Assembly (NCBI GenBank): GCA_038998625.1
Contig: JAWADS010000014.1
Span: 1-10,745 of the forward strand
Reading direction: 5' to 3'
Source: Candidatus Aenigmatarchaeota archaeon
GTDB taxonomy: Archaea; Aenigmatarchaeota; Aenigmatarchaeia; CG10238-14; SCSR01
Length of the DNA: 10,745 nucleotides
Below the pieces are notes generated by a model, which was not told the DNA's origin, searched no databases, and worked only from the letters and a program-made list of their open reading frames with translations. The translations under genes and the position numbers were made by a program. Positions 1-7,451 of the stretch are shown here, in pieces (within the stretch, counting starts at the first letter, position 1; each line of letters starts with the position of its first letter).

Positions 1-28
1 GTGGTAGTAAATTTTGAAAAAAATTATT

Positions 29-44
29 GAAAAAACTTTATATG
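29..44 (+). promoter_or_regulatory. Archaeal BRE + TATA box of the GTPase gene
   Basis: Purine run gaaaaaa (29-35) is followed by TTTATATG (37-44), about 30 nt upstream of the ATG at 74. Confidence 0.55.
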
Positions 45-73
45 TTCAGATTCTTAATTTTTCTCAGGGTTTT

Positions 74-1645
74 ATGGTATCGATACCAAGAAAGGAAAAT
101 AAAAATATAGAGTTTAAAGAAAAACTTAGCCCTGAGATTCATTTAAAAGAAGAAAAAAAGCAACATTTAGCAAGCCAAATGAAATATTTGCTTGAAATAG
201 GAAAAGGAACTGCCATATATATTCTTGGAGTGAGTGATGATGGCCATACTAAAGGTTTAAATGAACTGGAATTTGAACAGTCAATAAATGTTTTAAAAAA
301 CATTGCTTCTGAATGCAATGCAAAAATTTCTAAAATAGAAAAATTTAATGAAGATGGAAAGCTAATTGGAAAGATTATAATTAACAAAAGTTATAGCAAT
401 ACTTTAAAAAGTCATTTGATTATAGGGGTTGCGGGCCATGTACATCATGGTAAATCTACTTTAATTGCTACTTTAATTACAGGAAGACCAGATTTAAACG
501 GAAAAAATTGGCTTTATTTGAATGTTTTGCCCCATGAAATTGAAAGAAATTTGTCAGCAGATTTGCATTATGCTTTATATGGCTTCTCTAATGGTAGTGT
601 GTTAAATCTCAAAAATCCTTTAGAAAAAAAAGAAAGGGCAAAAATTGTGGAAAAAGCAAATAAAATAATTAGTTTTGTCGATACCGTAGGGCATGAGCCT
701 TGGTTGAGGACAACAATTAGAGGTTTAATAGGACAAAATATTGATTATGGTTTGCTTGTTGTTGCTGCTGATGATGGAGTTACGCACATAACAAAAGAAC
801 ATCTTGGAATATTATTGGCAATTAACTTACCTGTAATAATTTGTATTACAAAAATAGACAAAGTCAGCGAAAAAAGATTAGAAGAAGTTGAAAAACAAAT
901 AGAAGAATTGTTGAAAAATTTAGGAAAAATTCCTTTTATCGTTAAAAGTGAAAATGATTTAAATGTAGTTTTGGATAAGCTTGAGGTTATTGTTCCTATT
1001 TTTAAAACTTCTGCTGTTGATTTAAAGGGATATGATTTGTTAAATAAGCTTTTCCAAAAATTGCCAGAAAGAAAAAAAGATTTGGATAAACCCTTTTTAA
1101 TGTATATTGATAAAATTTACAACATTAGTGGTGTTGGCACTGTTGTTTCTGGAACCATTAAACAAGGCAAACTTAAAACAGGAAAAGAATTATTATTAGG
1201 GCCAGATAAAACTGGAGGTTTTAGAAAAGTTAAAGCCGCGAGCATAGAAATGCATTATCAAAGATTAGAAGAAGCAAATGCGGGTTTTGTTGTGGGAATT
1301 GCTTTGCGTGGCATAAAATATGAAGAAATAGAAAGGGGAATGGTGCTTTGTGATGAAGATCTTAAACCTAAAGCTGTAAAAAGTTTTGAAGCAGAAATTT
1401 TAGTTTTACATCATCCTACTAGGATTGCTTCAGGCTATGAGCCAGTTTATCATTGCCAAACTATAGCAGAATCTGTAAGATTAGAATTGTTGGATAAAAA
1501 TTATTTAAAGGCTGGGGAATCCGGAAAAGTTAAAATGACTTTTAGGTATAAGCCACAATTTGTTTCAGAAGGGGATAAATTTGTTTTCCGCGAAGGTAAG
1601 ACAAAGGGAATTGGCACCATAACTAAAATTTTGAAATATGCATAA
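74..1645 (+). CDS. GTPBP1-family translational GTPase (archaeal GTPBP, EF-Tu/EF1A superfamily) with an N-terminal AlbA_2/Schlafen-like domain
   Basis: G1 GHVHHGKST, switch I HEIERNLS, G3 DTVGH, G4 TKID and G5 TSAV. EF-Tu-like domains II/III (GVGTVVSGTI; FVFREGKTKGIG). N-terminal NIEFKE...IYILGVSDDG. The in-frame ATG at 74 behind a TATA box is preferred to the TTG at 14. Confidence 0.9.
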   Translation: MVSIPRKENKNIEFKEKLSPEIHLKEEKKQHLASQMKYLLEIGKGTAIYILGVSDDGHTKGLNELEFEQSINVLKNIASECNAKISKIEKFNEDGKLIGKIIINKSYSNTLKSHLIIGVAGHVHHGKSTLIATLITGRPDLNGKNWLYLNVLPHEIERNLSADLHYALYGFSNGSVLNLKNPLEKKERAKIVEKANKIISFVDTVGHEPWLRTTIRGLIGQNIDYGLLVVAADDGVTHITKEHLGILLAINLPVIICITKIDKVSEKRLEEVEKQIEELLKNLGKIPFIVKSENDLNVVLDKLEVIVPIFKTSAVDLKGYDLLNKLFQKLPERKKDLDKPFLMYIDKIYNISGVGTVVSGTIKQGKLKTGKELLLGPDKTGGFRKVKAASIEMHYQRLEEANAGFVVGIALRGIKYEEIERGMVLCDEDLKPKAVKSFEAEILVLHHPTRIASGYEPVYHCQTIAESVRLELLDKNYLKAGESGKVKMTFRYKPQFVSEGDKFVFREGKTKGIGTITKILKYA

Positions 1646-1652
1646 AAGATAC

Positions 1653-1674
1653 TTTTTTTCTAGGAGGCTTTTTT
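1653..1674 (+). terminator. Possible archaeal oligo-T terminator
   Basis: T7 (1653-1659) and T6 (1669-1674) tracts just after the GTPase stop codon. Confidence 0.4.
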
Positions 1675-1700
1675 ATTCCATTGCGGGTAATAATTAAATT

Positions 1701-1789
1701 TCTTGTAAATAGGATGTAGAGGATAAAATTCAGATAGCTTTTATCATCTGGTTTAAAATTAAGAATGTGATTAATCCCGTTTCCTTTAT
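1701..1789 (-). repeat. Repeat A copy 1: degenerate 3' end of the PD-(D/E)XK nuclease gene
   Basis: Minus strand reads NG..HILNFKP joined by an internal deletion to DDKSY-(frameshift)-EFYPLHPIYK. It shares the core atgtagaggataaaattc...ttttatcatc with the other copies. Confidence 0.75.
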
Positions 1790-1891
1790 GTCGCTATTTA
1801 AGAGTAAGATTGCATTGTTTGAAGTAGCATTAAAGCTCCCTAAAACTCTTAGTTTTTGATTAAGTGAAGTTGTTCTAATGCCTACATTGTC
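1790..1891 (-). pseudogene. Remnant of a GNVGIGTTSP-repeat (tail-fibre/surface-protein-like) gene
   Basis: Minus strand translates DNVGIRTTSLNQKLRVLGSFNATSNNAILLLNSD, which resembles the NVGIGTTxP-xxKL-xV repeat. No start codon is attached. Confidence 0.55.
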
Positions 1892-1899
1892 TGAAAAAA

Positions 1900-1953
1900 T
1901 TTAAATAGTTTTGTTACATTAATATTAATAAATATTTAATTTAGGTGTAACAA
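1900..1953 (+). promoter_or_regulatory. abiE promoter: TATA box, inverted-repeat operator and SD-like site
   Basis: TTTAAATA at 1900-1907 after gaaaaaa. Inverted repeat ttgttaca (1911-1918) / tgtaacaa (1946-1953). AGGTG at 1943-1947. Confidence 0.55.
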
Positions 1954-2450
1954 TGAAAGGGATTTCAAGAAAGGAGATGAATGTAATTTCTTTTTTGGAA
2001 TTAAATGAGATGTTTTTCTTTACTAGAAATAACATAAAACAGTTTTTTAAAAATGAGAATGAAATGAATGTGTATTTGCATAGATTGAAACAAAAGGGTA
2101 GAATAATAAAACTCAACAAAACAAAGTACTATTTAATACCCATAAGAGCCTTTAAGGGATATTGGTCGGAACATCCATTCATCATCGTGGATGAAATATT
2201 TAACGGAAAGGATTATTACATCGGTGGGATGGCAGCCGCTCATTATTGGGGCTTGATCGAGCAAATACCTACACAGATTGAAGTTTTTTGCACAAAAAAA
2301 CAAGGAAGTAAAAGAATATTCAATTTTACCATAATCTTTAAAAGGGTTAGATCAATAAATGAAAAGGATTTTGTTAAGCGTGAGATAAGGGGACATGGTT
2401 TTTTCATAGCATCAAAGAAGAAGGTTAAAGAATGGCTGAAATCAAGATAA
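1953..2450 (+). CDS. abiEi: Type IV TA antitoxin, AbiEi family (wHTH + AbiEi C-terminal domain)
   Basis: N-terminal wHTH (LHRLKQKGRIIKL..YYL) and the motif YYIGGMAAAHYWGLIEQIP..IEV. Overlaps the downstream AbiEii gene. Confidence 0.85.
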   Translation: MKGISRKEMNVISFLELNEMFFFTRNNIKQFFKNENEMNVYLHRLKQKGRIIKLNKTKYYLIPIRAFKGYWSEHPFIIVDEIFNGKDYYIGGMAAAHYWGLIEQIPTQIEVFCTKKQGSKRIFNFTIIFKRVRSINEKDFVKREIRGHGFFIASKKKVKEWLKSR

Positions 2451-3190
2451 TTTCTGAAAACAAGTTAAGGTATCTTTCAGGATTGAAAGGTTTCAATCTT
2501 ATTTATTTGGAGAAAGATTATTTTCTCACATTATTACTTTATTTGTTAAAAGATATCGAAGGCATTTGTTTCAAAGGTGGCACTGCACTAAACAAGATAT
2601 TCTTAAGCCATAAAAGACTTAGTGAGGACTTGGATTTTGCTTGTCAAAAAAGTATGAGAAGTATAAAAAATCAAATTGTAAAAATATTGGAAAATAATAA
2701 AAATCTCTTTCCTAAATATAATTTCGAAAATGAAACGACCAACTTTTTCAGATTAAAAGTTTTTTATAAAAGTTTTTTCACTCAAACAAATTTCATTATT
2801 TTAGATATTAACAAGAAGAGTTCGATATTTCTCCAGCCACAAAAACAGAAAATTCCGCATTTTTATGAGGGTATACCACAATTCGAAATACTTACTCTAA
2901 ATCTTAAAGAATTAGTAGCAGAAAAGATTAGAACATTGATTACAAGAAATCAACCAAGAGATTATTTCGATGTCTATAACTTGCTAAAAATGGGTTACAA
3001 AATAGATTTTAGATTAGTTAGGAAGAAAATGAAAGAAGTAAATCAGAAATTTGAAGTTAAAAGAGTATTTAAAAATGCACAAAAAGTTTACTCACGATGG
3101 CCCGAAATAACTCAGCTGACTAATAAGCCAGTGGAATTTATTACTGTCATTAAACTTTTACAAAAAGAATTCAAATATAAGGCAACATAA
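2432..3190 (+). CDS. abiEii: Type IV TA toxin, AbiEii-family nucleotidyltransferase
   Basis: LEKDY, FKGGTALNK, RLSEDLDF and EKIRTL..R..PRDYFD motifs. Confidence 0.9.
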   Translation: MAEIKIISENKLRYLSGLKGFNLIYLEKDYFLTLLLYLLKDIEGICFKGGTALNKIFLSHKRLSEDLDFACQKSMRSIKNQIVKILENNKNLFPKYNFENETTNFFRLKVFYKSFFTQTNFIILDINKKSSIFLQPQKQKIPHFYEGIPQFEILTLNLKELVAEKIRTLITRNQPRDYFDVYNLLKMGYKIDFRLVRKKMKEVNQKFEVKRVFKNAQKVYSRWPEITQLTNKPVEFITVIKLLQKEFKYKAT

Positions 3191-3192
3191 GT

Positions 3193-3386
3193 TTATTTTA
3201 CATAAACGCCATGTAAAGGATAAAATTCAAAGTAAGTTTTATCATTGAACCAGGCGCATTTTAAATCTTTTACCACTTGCTAAGGCAAGAGCATAGATTC
3301 GTCCATGGTCTATACTTTCAAAATTAAACAAAGATCTTGCTTGTATAAAATATTTATACTTTCGTATACAAAAGTTATATATACTG
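3193..3386 (-). repeat. Repeat A copy 2: internally deleted 3' part of the nuclease gene
   Basis: Minus strand reads IYALALAS-(deletion/frameshift)-VKDLKCAWFNDKTYFEFYPLHGVYVK*, preceded by a KYFI..FNFES piece. Its stop codon lies 2 nt from the abiEii stop codon. Confidence 0.85.
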
Positions 3387-3477
3387 ATTTTTTCCAAATC
3401 TTCCGTTTTTAACCATTTATTCAATCTTCTCCATTTAATTAAATTTTTGGTTACTTTTTTTCGAATTCTTCTCTCAT
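3387..3477 (-). pseudogene. Frameshifted second copy of the small Phd-like gene at 5887-6036
   Basis: About 90 bp near-identical to 5943-6036. It reads MREEFEK, then a 1-nt deletion, then VTKNLIKWRRLNKWLK. Confidence 0.75.
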
Positions 3478-3478
3478 T

Positions 3479-3511
3479 TAAATCAAAAGTAAAGCCCTTG
3501 CTTTTAAAGTA
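3479..3511 (-). repeat. Repeat A internal fragment (nuclease gene)
   Basis: YFKSKGFTFDL matches YFISKNFTFDF in copy 5 and YFKSKGFMFNF at 8818-8875. Confidence 0.65.
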
Positions 3512-3533
3512 TATGGTGCCACTAAACAGAAAT

Positions 3534-3844
3534 TTACCAGGCTTTTTTTGCACGTTCAATAGCTATTTTACCCAGCACGAGTTCTAATTTTAACAATTGC
3601 TGAAGTATCTCGTTTTCATCATTTAGGACATACATAGCTTATTTTCCAATTCTTCTCGTTATTGTTACTATTTTATACTCTTCGAGCTTTCTCCAAATTT
3701 GAAGAAAGAGTTTCTTGATATGCCGGTCTTTTTAATTATTTCTTCTTTTGTTGTTTCAAATGATCTCATCTCTATTAGGAAATCTAGCACTCTTACTAGT
3801 GGTGTGTCTCCTAAAAATTCAATAAATATCTATACCTCTTTCAT
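3534..3844 (-). pseudogene. Archaeal winged-helix (ArsR-like) DNA-binding protein pseudogene, absent from the ORF track
   Basis: MKEV*IFIEFLGDTPLVRVLDFLIEMRSFETTKEEIIKKTGISRNSFFK-(frameshift)-IWRKLEEYKIVTITRRIGK*AMYVLNDENEILQQLLKLELVLGKIAIERAKKAW*. It has two premature stops and one frameshift. Confidence 0.75.
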
Positions 3845-3854
3845 ATTTATTTAG

Positions 3855-4160
3855 TTACTTCTTTTCTAAAATTTTCATTTCTTTTTCAAGGTCCTCAAGC
3901 GAATAACTTGATTTAAATCCGCGTTCCACTAAGTACTTTTCCATTTCCCAAACTGTCAAGCCAGCTTTATGAGCAGCTTCAGACAAAGTTATTTTACCTT
4001 TTATATAATCTTCAGCAGATCTTTTAATCATAAAATTTTTGTATCCTATCATCACTAATTTTCTTATTATAGTGCTTCTATCTTCCATTTCTTCTTTGCT
4101 CAATTTTTCTATTTCCTTCAAAACTTCTTTTGGAAGTCTTATTCCTATAGGTTGTTTCAT
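3855..4160 (-). CDS. Antitoxin: N-terminal ribbon-helix-helix (CopG-like) + UPF0175-type HTH
   Basis: IGIRLPKEV..EIEKL...DRSTIIRKL (RHH) and Y..GKITLSEAAHKAGLTVWEM (UPF0175). ATGA overlap with the PIN gene. Confidence 0.8.
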   Translation of the reverse strand: MKQPIGIRLPKEVLKEIEKLSKEEMEDRSTIIRKLVMIGYKNFMIKRSAEDYIKGKITLSEAAHKAGLTVWEMEKYLVERGFKSSYSLEDLEKEMKILEKK

Positions 4161-4654
4161 TTTAATCCCTCCATTAAAATTTTATCTATAACAGCATCGC
4201 TGAACCATCCAATTTTTCTTAATTCTCTCAAACTTTCTTCAAATTTTTCCTTTTCAATTAATTTCCCCCTATAAAGTTTTAGTATGATGGCTGGCGTTCC
4301 AATTACATTTATATTGAGTAGCACACTTTTCTTTCTGACGTTATCATCATCAGTTGCAAGATAGTCTGCTTTTTCCTCCCAATACAATGCAACAGCTTCA
4401 GCTTCACCTCTCTGTATGTTAAATTCTAGTATTTTTTCTATTACTCTTTTATTTTTTACTCGTTTCACTGTTATTTTCTTTTCTTTAATCAGTTCTTCAA
4501 CTATTTTTACTTCTGGATAACCTTTTTCCTTACCTAACAAAATTTCCTTGTACACCATTTCTGGAATTACAACATTTTTGAAATGTTCGCAGCTTTTTTC
4601 AAGTAGTGTTATTTTAGCCAAGTGAATTACAACCATGCTGTCTTTGATTATCAT
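4157..4654 (-). CDS. PIN-domain (VapC-like, DUF3368/COG2405-type) toxin
   Basis: IIKDSMVVIHL, IPEMVYKE, GEAEAVAL, LATDD and IGTPAIL, the acidic PIN pattern. Confidence 0.85.
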   Translation of the reverse strand: MIIKDSMVVIHLAKITLLEKSCEHFKNVVIPEMVYKEILLGKEKGYPEVKIVEELIKEKKITVKRVKNKRVIEKILEFNIQRGEAEAVALYWEEKADYLATDDDNVRKKSVLLNINVIGTPAIILKLYRGKLIEKEKFEESLRELRKIGWFSDAVIDKILMEGLK

Positions 4655-4685
4655 TGTATTATATTGTGCACATTGTATATTTAAA
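4655..4685 (-). promoter_or_regulatory. Leaderless promoter of the PIN-UPF0175 operon with a palindromic operator
   Basis: TTTAAATA (minus strand, 4678-4685) lies 24-31 nt before the ATG. The palindrome tgtgcaca (4665-4672) lies between TATA and start. Confidence 0.55.
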
Positions 4686-4820
4686 TATTTCTATTTTTAA
4701 AAACAGCATGCAAAGGATAAAATTCAAAATAATTTTTATCATCAAACCAAGTATATTTAAAATCTTTTACTACTAATTTCGTTCTGGAAGCTAGAGCTAA
4801 AACATAGATTGTTAACCAAT
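4681..4820 (-). repeat. Repeat A copy 3: 3' end of the nuclease gene
   Basis: Uninterrupted frame LTIYVLALASRTKLVVKDFKYTWFDDKNYFEFYPLHAVFKNRNI*, starting directly at the HEPN stop codon. Confidence 0.9.
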
Positions 4821-5232
4821 TATTTACCTCGCTCTTCTTCAACTATGCGCTTTAATTTTAAGAATAAATTTTTGCCTTTTTCTACATTCCTTTCTATACT
4901 TTCTTCACTCAAAATTCTACCATAGTATTTAATTCCATGTCTTTTCTTTCTTAGATTATGTAAAAATTCCGTTTCATAATCGTCGAAATATCTACCTCTC
5001 AAAAATTCTATCACGCACTCATGGGAAAAGGTTTTTAATCCTTTCAGAGCTAGAACTGCATGAGATAGTTCTACAATAGACTCATAAATACCTTCTAGAG
5101 TGAATATGGAAAATTTCTTTGAAGAGAAAAAATTAAATCTTTCTACAGCAATTTTTACCAAGGATTTGCCAGTTCTTTATCCCTTGTTCTCTTTTCTACT
5201 AGGTTTCACTTAATACATTCTTCCCATATCAT
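4820..5232 (-). pseudogene. HEPN-domain toxin of an MNT-HEPN pair, disrupted
   Basis: The true start overlaps the MNT stop (ATGA 5229-5232): MIWEECIK*NLVEKRTRDKELA-(1-nt deletion)-SLVKIAVER...SHECVIEFL...LRKKRHGIKYYG. In-frame TGA plus a frameshift. ORF 4820..5161 is only the downstream part. Confidence 0.8.
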
Positions 5233-5765
5233 CCTAAAACCTTCAAATAACCCTTTATCACAAAACCGTTTATTAGATTGTTCAGAAGCTCTGGGTTTTC
5301 TTTTTTAAGCTTGCCTATGTCTTCAATAAACAATAAAGAGATTTTTCTATTTAGTTTATTTTCAATTTCTTTAAAATCGATTTTAACCTCTTTTGCCCCG
5401 GCTACACAAAAATCAAGGTCACTATTTTCTGTGTCCTCGCCCCTTAATGCAGAGCCGAAGAATATAATAGCATCAAAATCTTCTATTTTTTTCTCTATAA
5501 TTTTACTGATTTCAAATGCTGCCATTAAATTGTAGATAATCTTATATCGTTTTGTTTCTTCGTTATCTCTATTCAACTTGAACAACAAAAGATTTTTCTC
5601 CTTAAATTCAATTATCAAGTTTTTCTCCTTAAGAATATTAATATGAGACCTTACCTTCACAGGACTCCATTTGAGCAATCTACAAATTTCTCTTAAATGG
5701 AAAGAATATAGCGGTTTTTTAAAGAAAAGCTCAAGTAATTTCCAACTGTTAGATTTTTCTAACAT
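5229..5765 (-). CDS. wHTH-fused minimal nucleotidyltransferase (MNT antitoxin)
   Basis: N-terminal HTH (FHLREICRLLKWSP) and the Pol-beta-like motif FFGSALRGEDTENSDLDF. TTTATATA box at 5790-5797, 25 nt upstream. Confidence 0.88.
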   Translation of the reverse strand: MLEKSNSWKLLELFFKKPLYSFHLREICRLLKWSPVKVRSHINILKEKNLIIEFKEKNLLLFKLNRDNEETKRYKIIYNLMAAFEISKIIEKKIEDFDAIIFFGSALRGEDTENSDLDFCVAGAKEVKIDFKEIENKLNRKISLLFIEDIGKLKKENPELLNNLINGFVIKGYLKVLG

Positions 5766-5798
5766 ATGTAATATTTTTATAACAATTGATATATAAAT

Positions 5799-5903
5799 CT
5801 AACGTTTATAAACAGCATGTGAAGGAAAGAATTCAAAATAAATTTTATCATCAAACTAAGCGCACTTAAAATCTTTAACAGCAAGCTTAGTTCTGCTTGC
5901 TAA
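5799..5903 (-). repeat. Repeat A copy 4: 3' end of the nuclease gene
   Basis: LASRTKLAVKDFKCA*FDDKIYFEFFPSHAVYKR*. Positions 5844-5882 are identical to 6464-6502. Confidence 0.9.
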
Positions 5904-6036
5904 TACTGTGTTTATTTTTGGTAAGAGACCTTTTTTCTATTAATTTTTTTCCAAGTCTTTCCACTTTTAACCATTTATTTAATCTTCTCCATTTAATTAA
6001 ATTTTTGGTTACTATTTTTTCGAATTCTTCTCTCAT
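5887..6036 (-). CDS. Small 49-aa ORF coupled to doc; candidate minimal Phd-like antitoxin
   Basis: ATGA overlap with the restored doc stop (6033-6036). Reads MREEFEKIVTKNLIKWRRLNKWLKVE.... A second copy lies at 3387-3477. The C-terminus is uncertain because the ORF runs into repeat A. Confidence 0.55.
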   Translation of the reverse strand: MREEFEKIVTKNLIKWRRLNKWLKVERLGKKLIEKRSLTKNKHSISKQN

Positions 6037-6400
6037 TTTATACCTTCTTCAATCCATTTTTCAATTTCATTTCTTTTCTCTATTTTTCTCGCTATTCTAT
6101 TTAACATTTTCTCTATTTTCTTTTCATCTTTATATCCATATTTAAATTCTTTTCCATTCAGTTCTAAAAAATAAACATAGTATGAAAAGCAGTTCTCTTA
6201 TTTCCATTTAAGAATGGATGTAATCTAATAATATCGTAAAGAAAAATTGTAGCTTTCTTTATGAATCCCTTTGCAGCTTTTACTTTTTCAAGGATAAATT
6301 CAAGATTATTTTTGTTAACTAGTATTCCACCTTCGCCCAATCGCTTGTTAATTTCAATTATTTCTTCTAATGTTGGATATTTTACAAGTTTTTCTTCCAT
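6033..6400 (-). pseudogene. doc: Fic/Doc-family toxin (Doc-type), frameshifted
   Basis: HPFLNGNKRTA motif. Adding one T to the T-run near 6166-6171 restores FLELNGKEFKYGYKDEKKIEKMLNRIARKIEKRNEIEKWIEEGIK*, ending at 6033. Confidence 0.82.
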
Positions 6401-6409
6401 AAATATAAA

Positions 6410-6810
6410 TTATATCTTTACTTTTTCATAAATAGCATGTAAAGGATAAAATTCATAGTAAGCTTTATCATCAAACTAAGCGCACTTAAAATCTTTAACA
6501 GCTAGCTTCGTTCTGTTTATTAATGCTAAGGCATAAATTGTTAATTGATTAATTGCATTTACTTTTTTAGCATATGGTTTATAATCTAAAATATGAATTA
6601 AGCCATTTCTTATTTGCAAAATATCTATATGGCCAGTAATTGGTGTTCTATAATTTTCAAAATCGAAAGTAAAGTTTTTGCTTATAAAATATTTAATGCC
6701 ATCTTTAGTTAGATGTACAGGTACTTCATATGCTATTGCCAGATATTGCCAGAAAGTCATTGGTTATCATAAAGTCTTGTATTGCTTGATGTCTTTCTTT
6801 ATTTGTTTTT
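6410..6810 (-). pseudogene. Repeat A copy 5 (longest): C-terminal RecB-like PD-(D/E)XK nuclease domain fragment
   Basis: KTNKERHQAIQDFMITNDFLAI-(10-bp tandem duplication tattgccaga, 6734-6753)-AYEVPVHL...ITGHIDILQIRNGLIHILDYKP...NQLTIYALAL...KCA*FDDKAYYEFYPLHAIYEKVKI*. Shows the G.ID...DYK and QLxxY motifs. Confidence 0.88.
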
Positions 6811-6864
6811 GTAAGACGCATAAGATTTAAATGGAATAATTGCCAATAAAATTAAGCGAGAACT

Positions 6865-7062
6865 ATGAAGCAAGAAGTAAAAGAGATCTACCCAGAACTT
6901 AAAAAAATAGAGAGTGAAATCCAAATATTAAAGATTCTAGTAGTAAAAACTAAGAAATTACCTAAAAGGAAAGTAGCATTAGAAGGTTTATTAAAAGGAA
7001 TAAAAATAGAAGAAAAGGATATAGAAGAAGCTAAAAAAGCGATTTTTAGGTTTAGTGCTTAG
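6865..7062 (+). CDS. Putative VapB-like antitoxin
   Basis: 65-aa charged ORF directly upstream of a PIN gene, with C-terminal LEGLLKGIKIEEKDIEEAKKAIF. Confidence 0.7.
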   Translation: MKQEVKEIYPELKKIESEIQILKILVVKTKKLPKRKVALEGLLKGIKIEEKDIEEAKKAIFRFSA

Positions 7063-7063
7063 C

Positions 7064-7450
7064 ATGTATGTCACAGATACGCACAGTTTCTTATGGTTTT
7101 TAACCAAAGACGAGAGGCTAAGTCCTAAAATAAGAGAAATTTTTAGATTATGTGACAAAGGGAAAGAAATTATAGTTATACCAAGTATTGTTTTACTTGA
7201 ATGCCTATACATCTGTGAGAAAAAGAAAGTCGATGTAGAATTTAGAGAAGTGCTGCTGAAAATACGAGAAACTTTCAATTACTTGGTATATCCTTTAGAT
7301 GAGGAAATAGTAATAAGATGCCAAAAAATAACTAAACTTAAAGATCCGCATGACAGAATTGTAGTTGCTACTGCTCAAATTTTGAATTCAAAATTAATAA
7401 CAAGAGATTATAAAATAAAAGATTCTAAACTGGTTGAAACAATTTGGTAA
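7064..7450 (+). CDS. vapC: VapC PIN-domain toxin
   Basis: MYVTDTHSFLWFL, IPSIVLLE, DPHDRIVVATA and LITRD. The ATG at 7064 is preferred to the GTG at 7055. Confidence 0.9.
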   Translation: MYVTDTHSFLWFLTKDERLSPKIREIFRLCDKGKEIIVIPSIVLLECLYICEKKKVDVEFREVLLKIRETFNYLVYPLDEEIVIRCQKITKLKDPHDRIVVATAQILNSKLITRDYKIKDSKLVETIW

Positions 7451-7451
7451 T

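Noticed and set aside
14..73. TTG start at 14 for the GTPase
   Set aside because: The extension contains the BRE/TATA, and the ATG at 74 fits the domain start.
3242..3559. 105-aa ORF as a real gene
   Set aside because: It is a chance read-through of a mosaic: the wHTH pseudogene end, nuclease fragments and the Phd-like copy.
6476..6760. 94-aa ORF as an intact nuclease
   Set aside because: Its first codons are out of frame with the upstream homology because of a 10-bp duplication, and it ends at a premature TAG. Homology continues on both sides.
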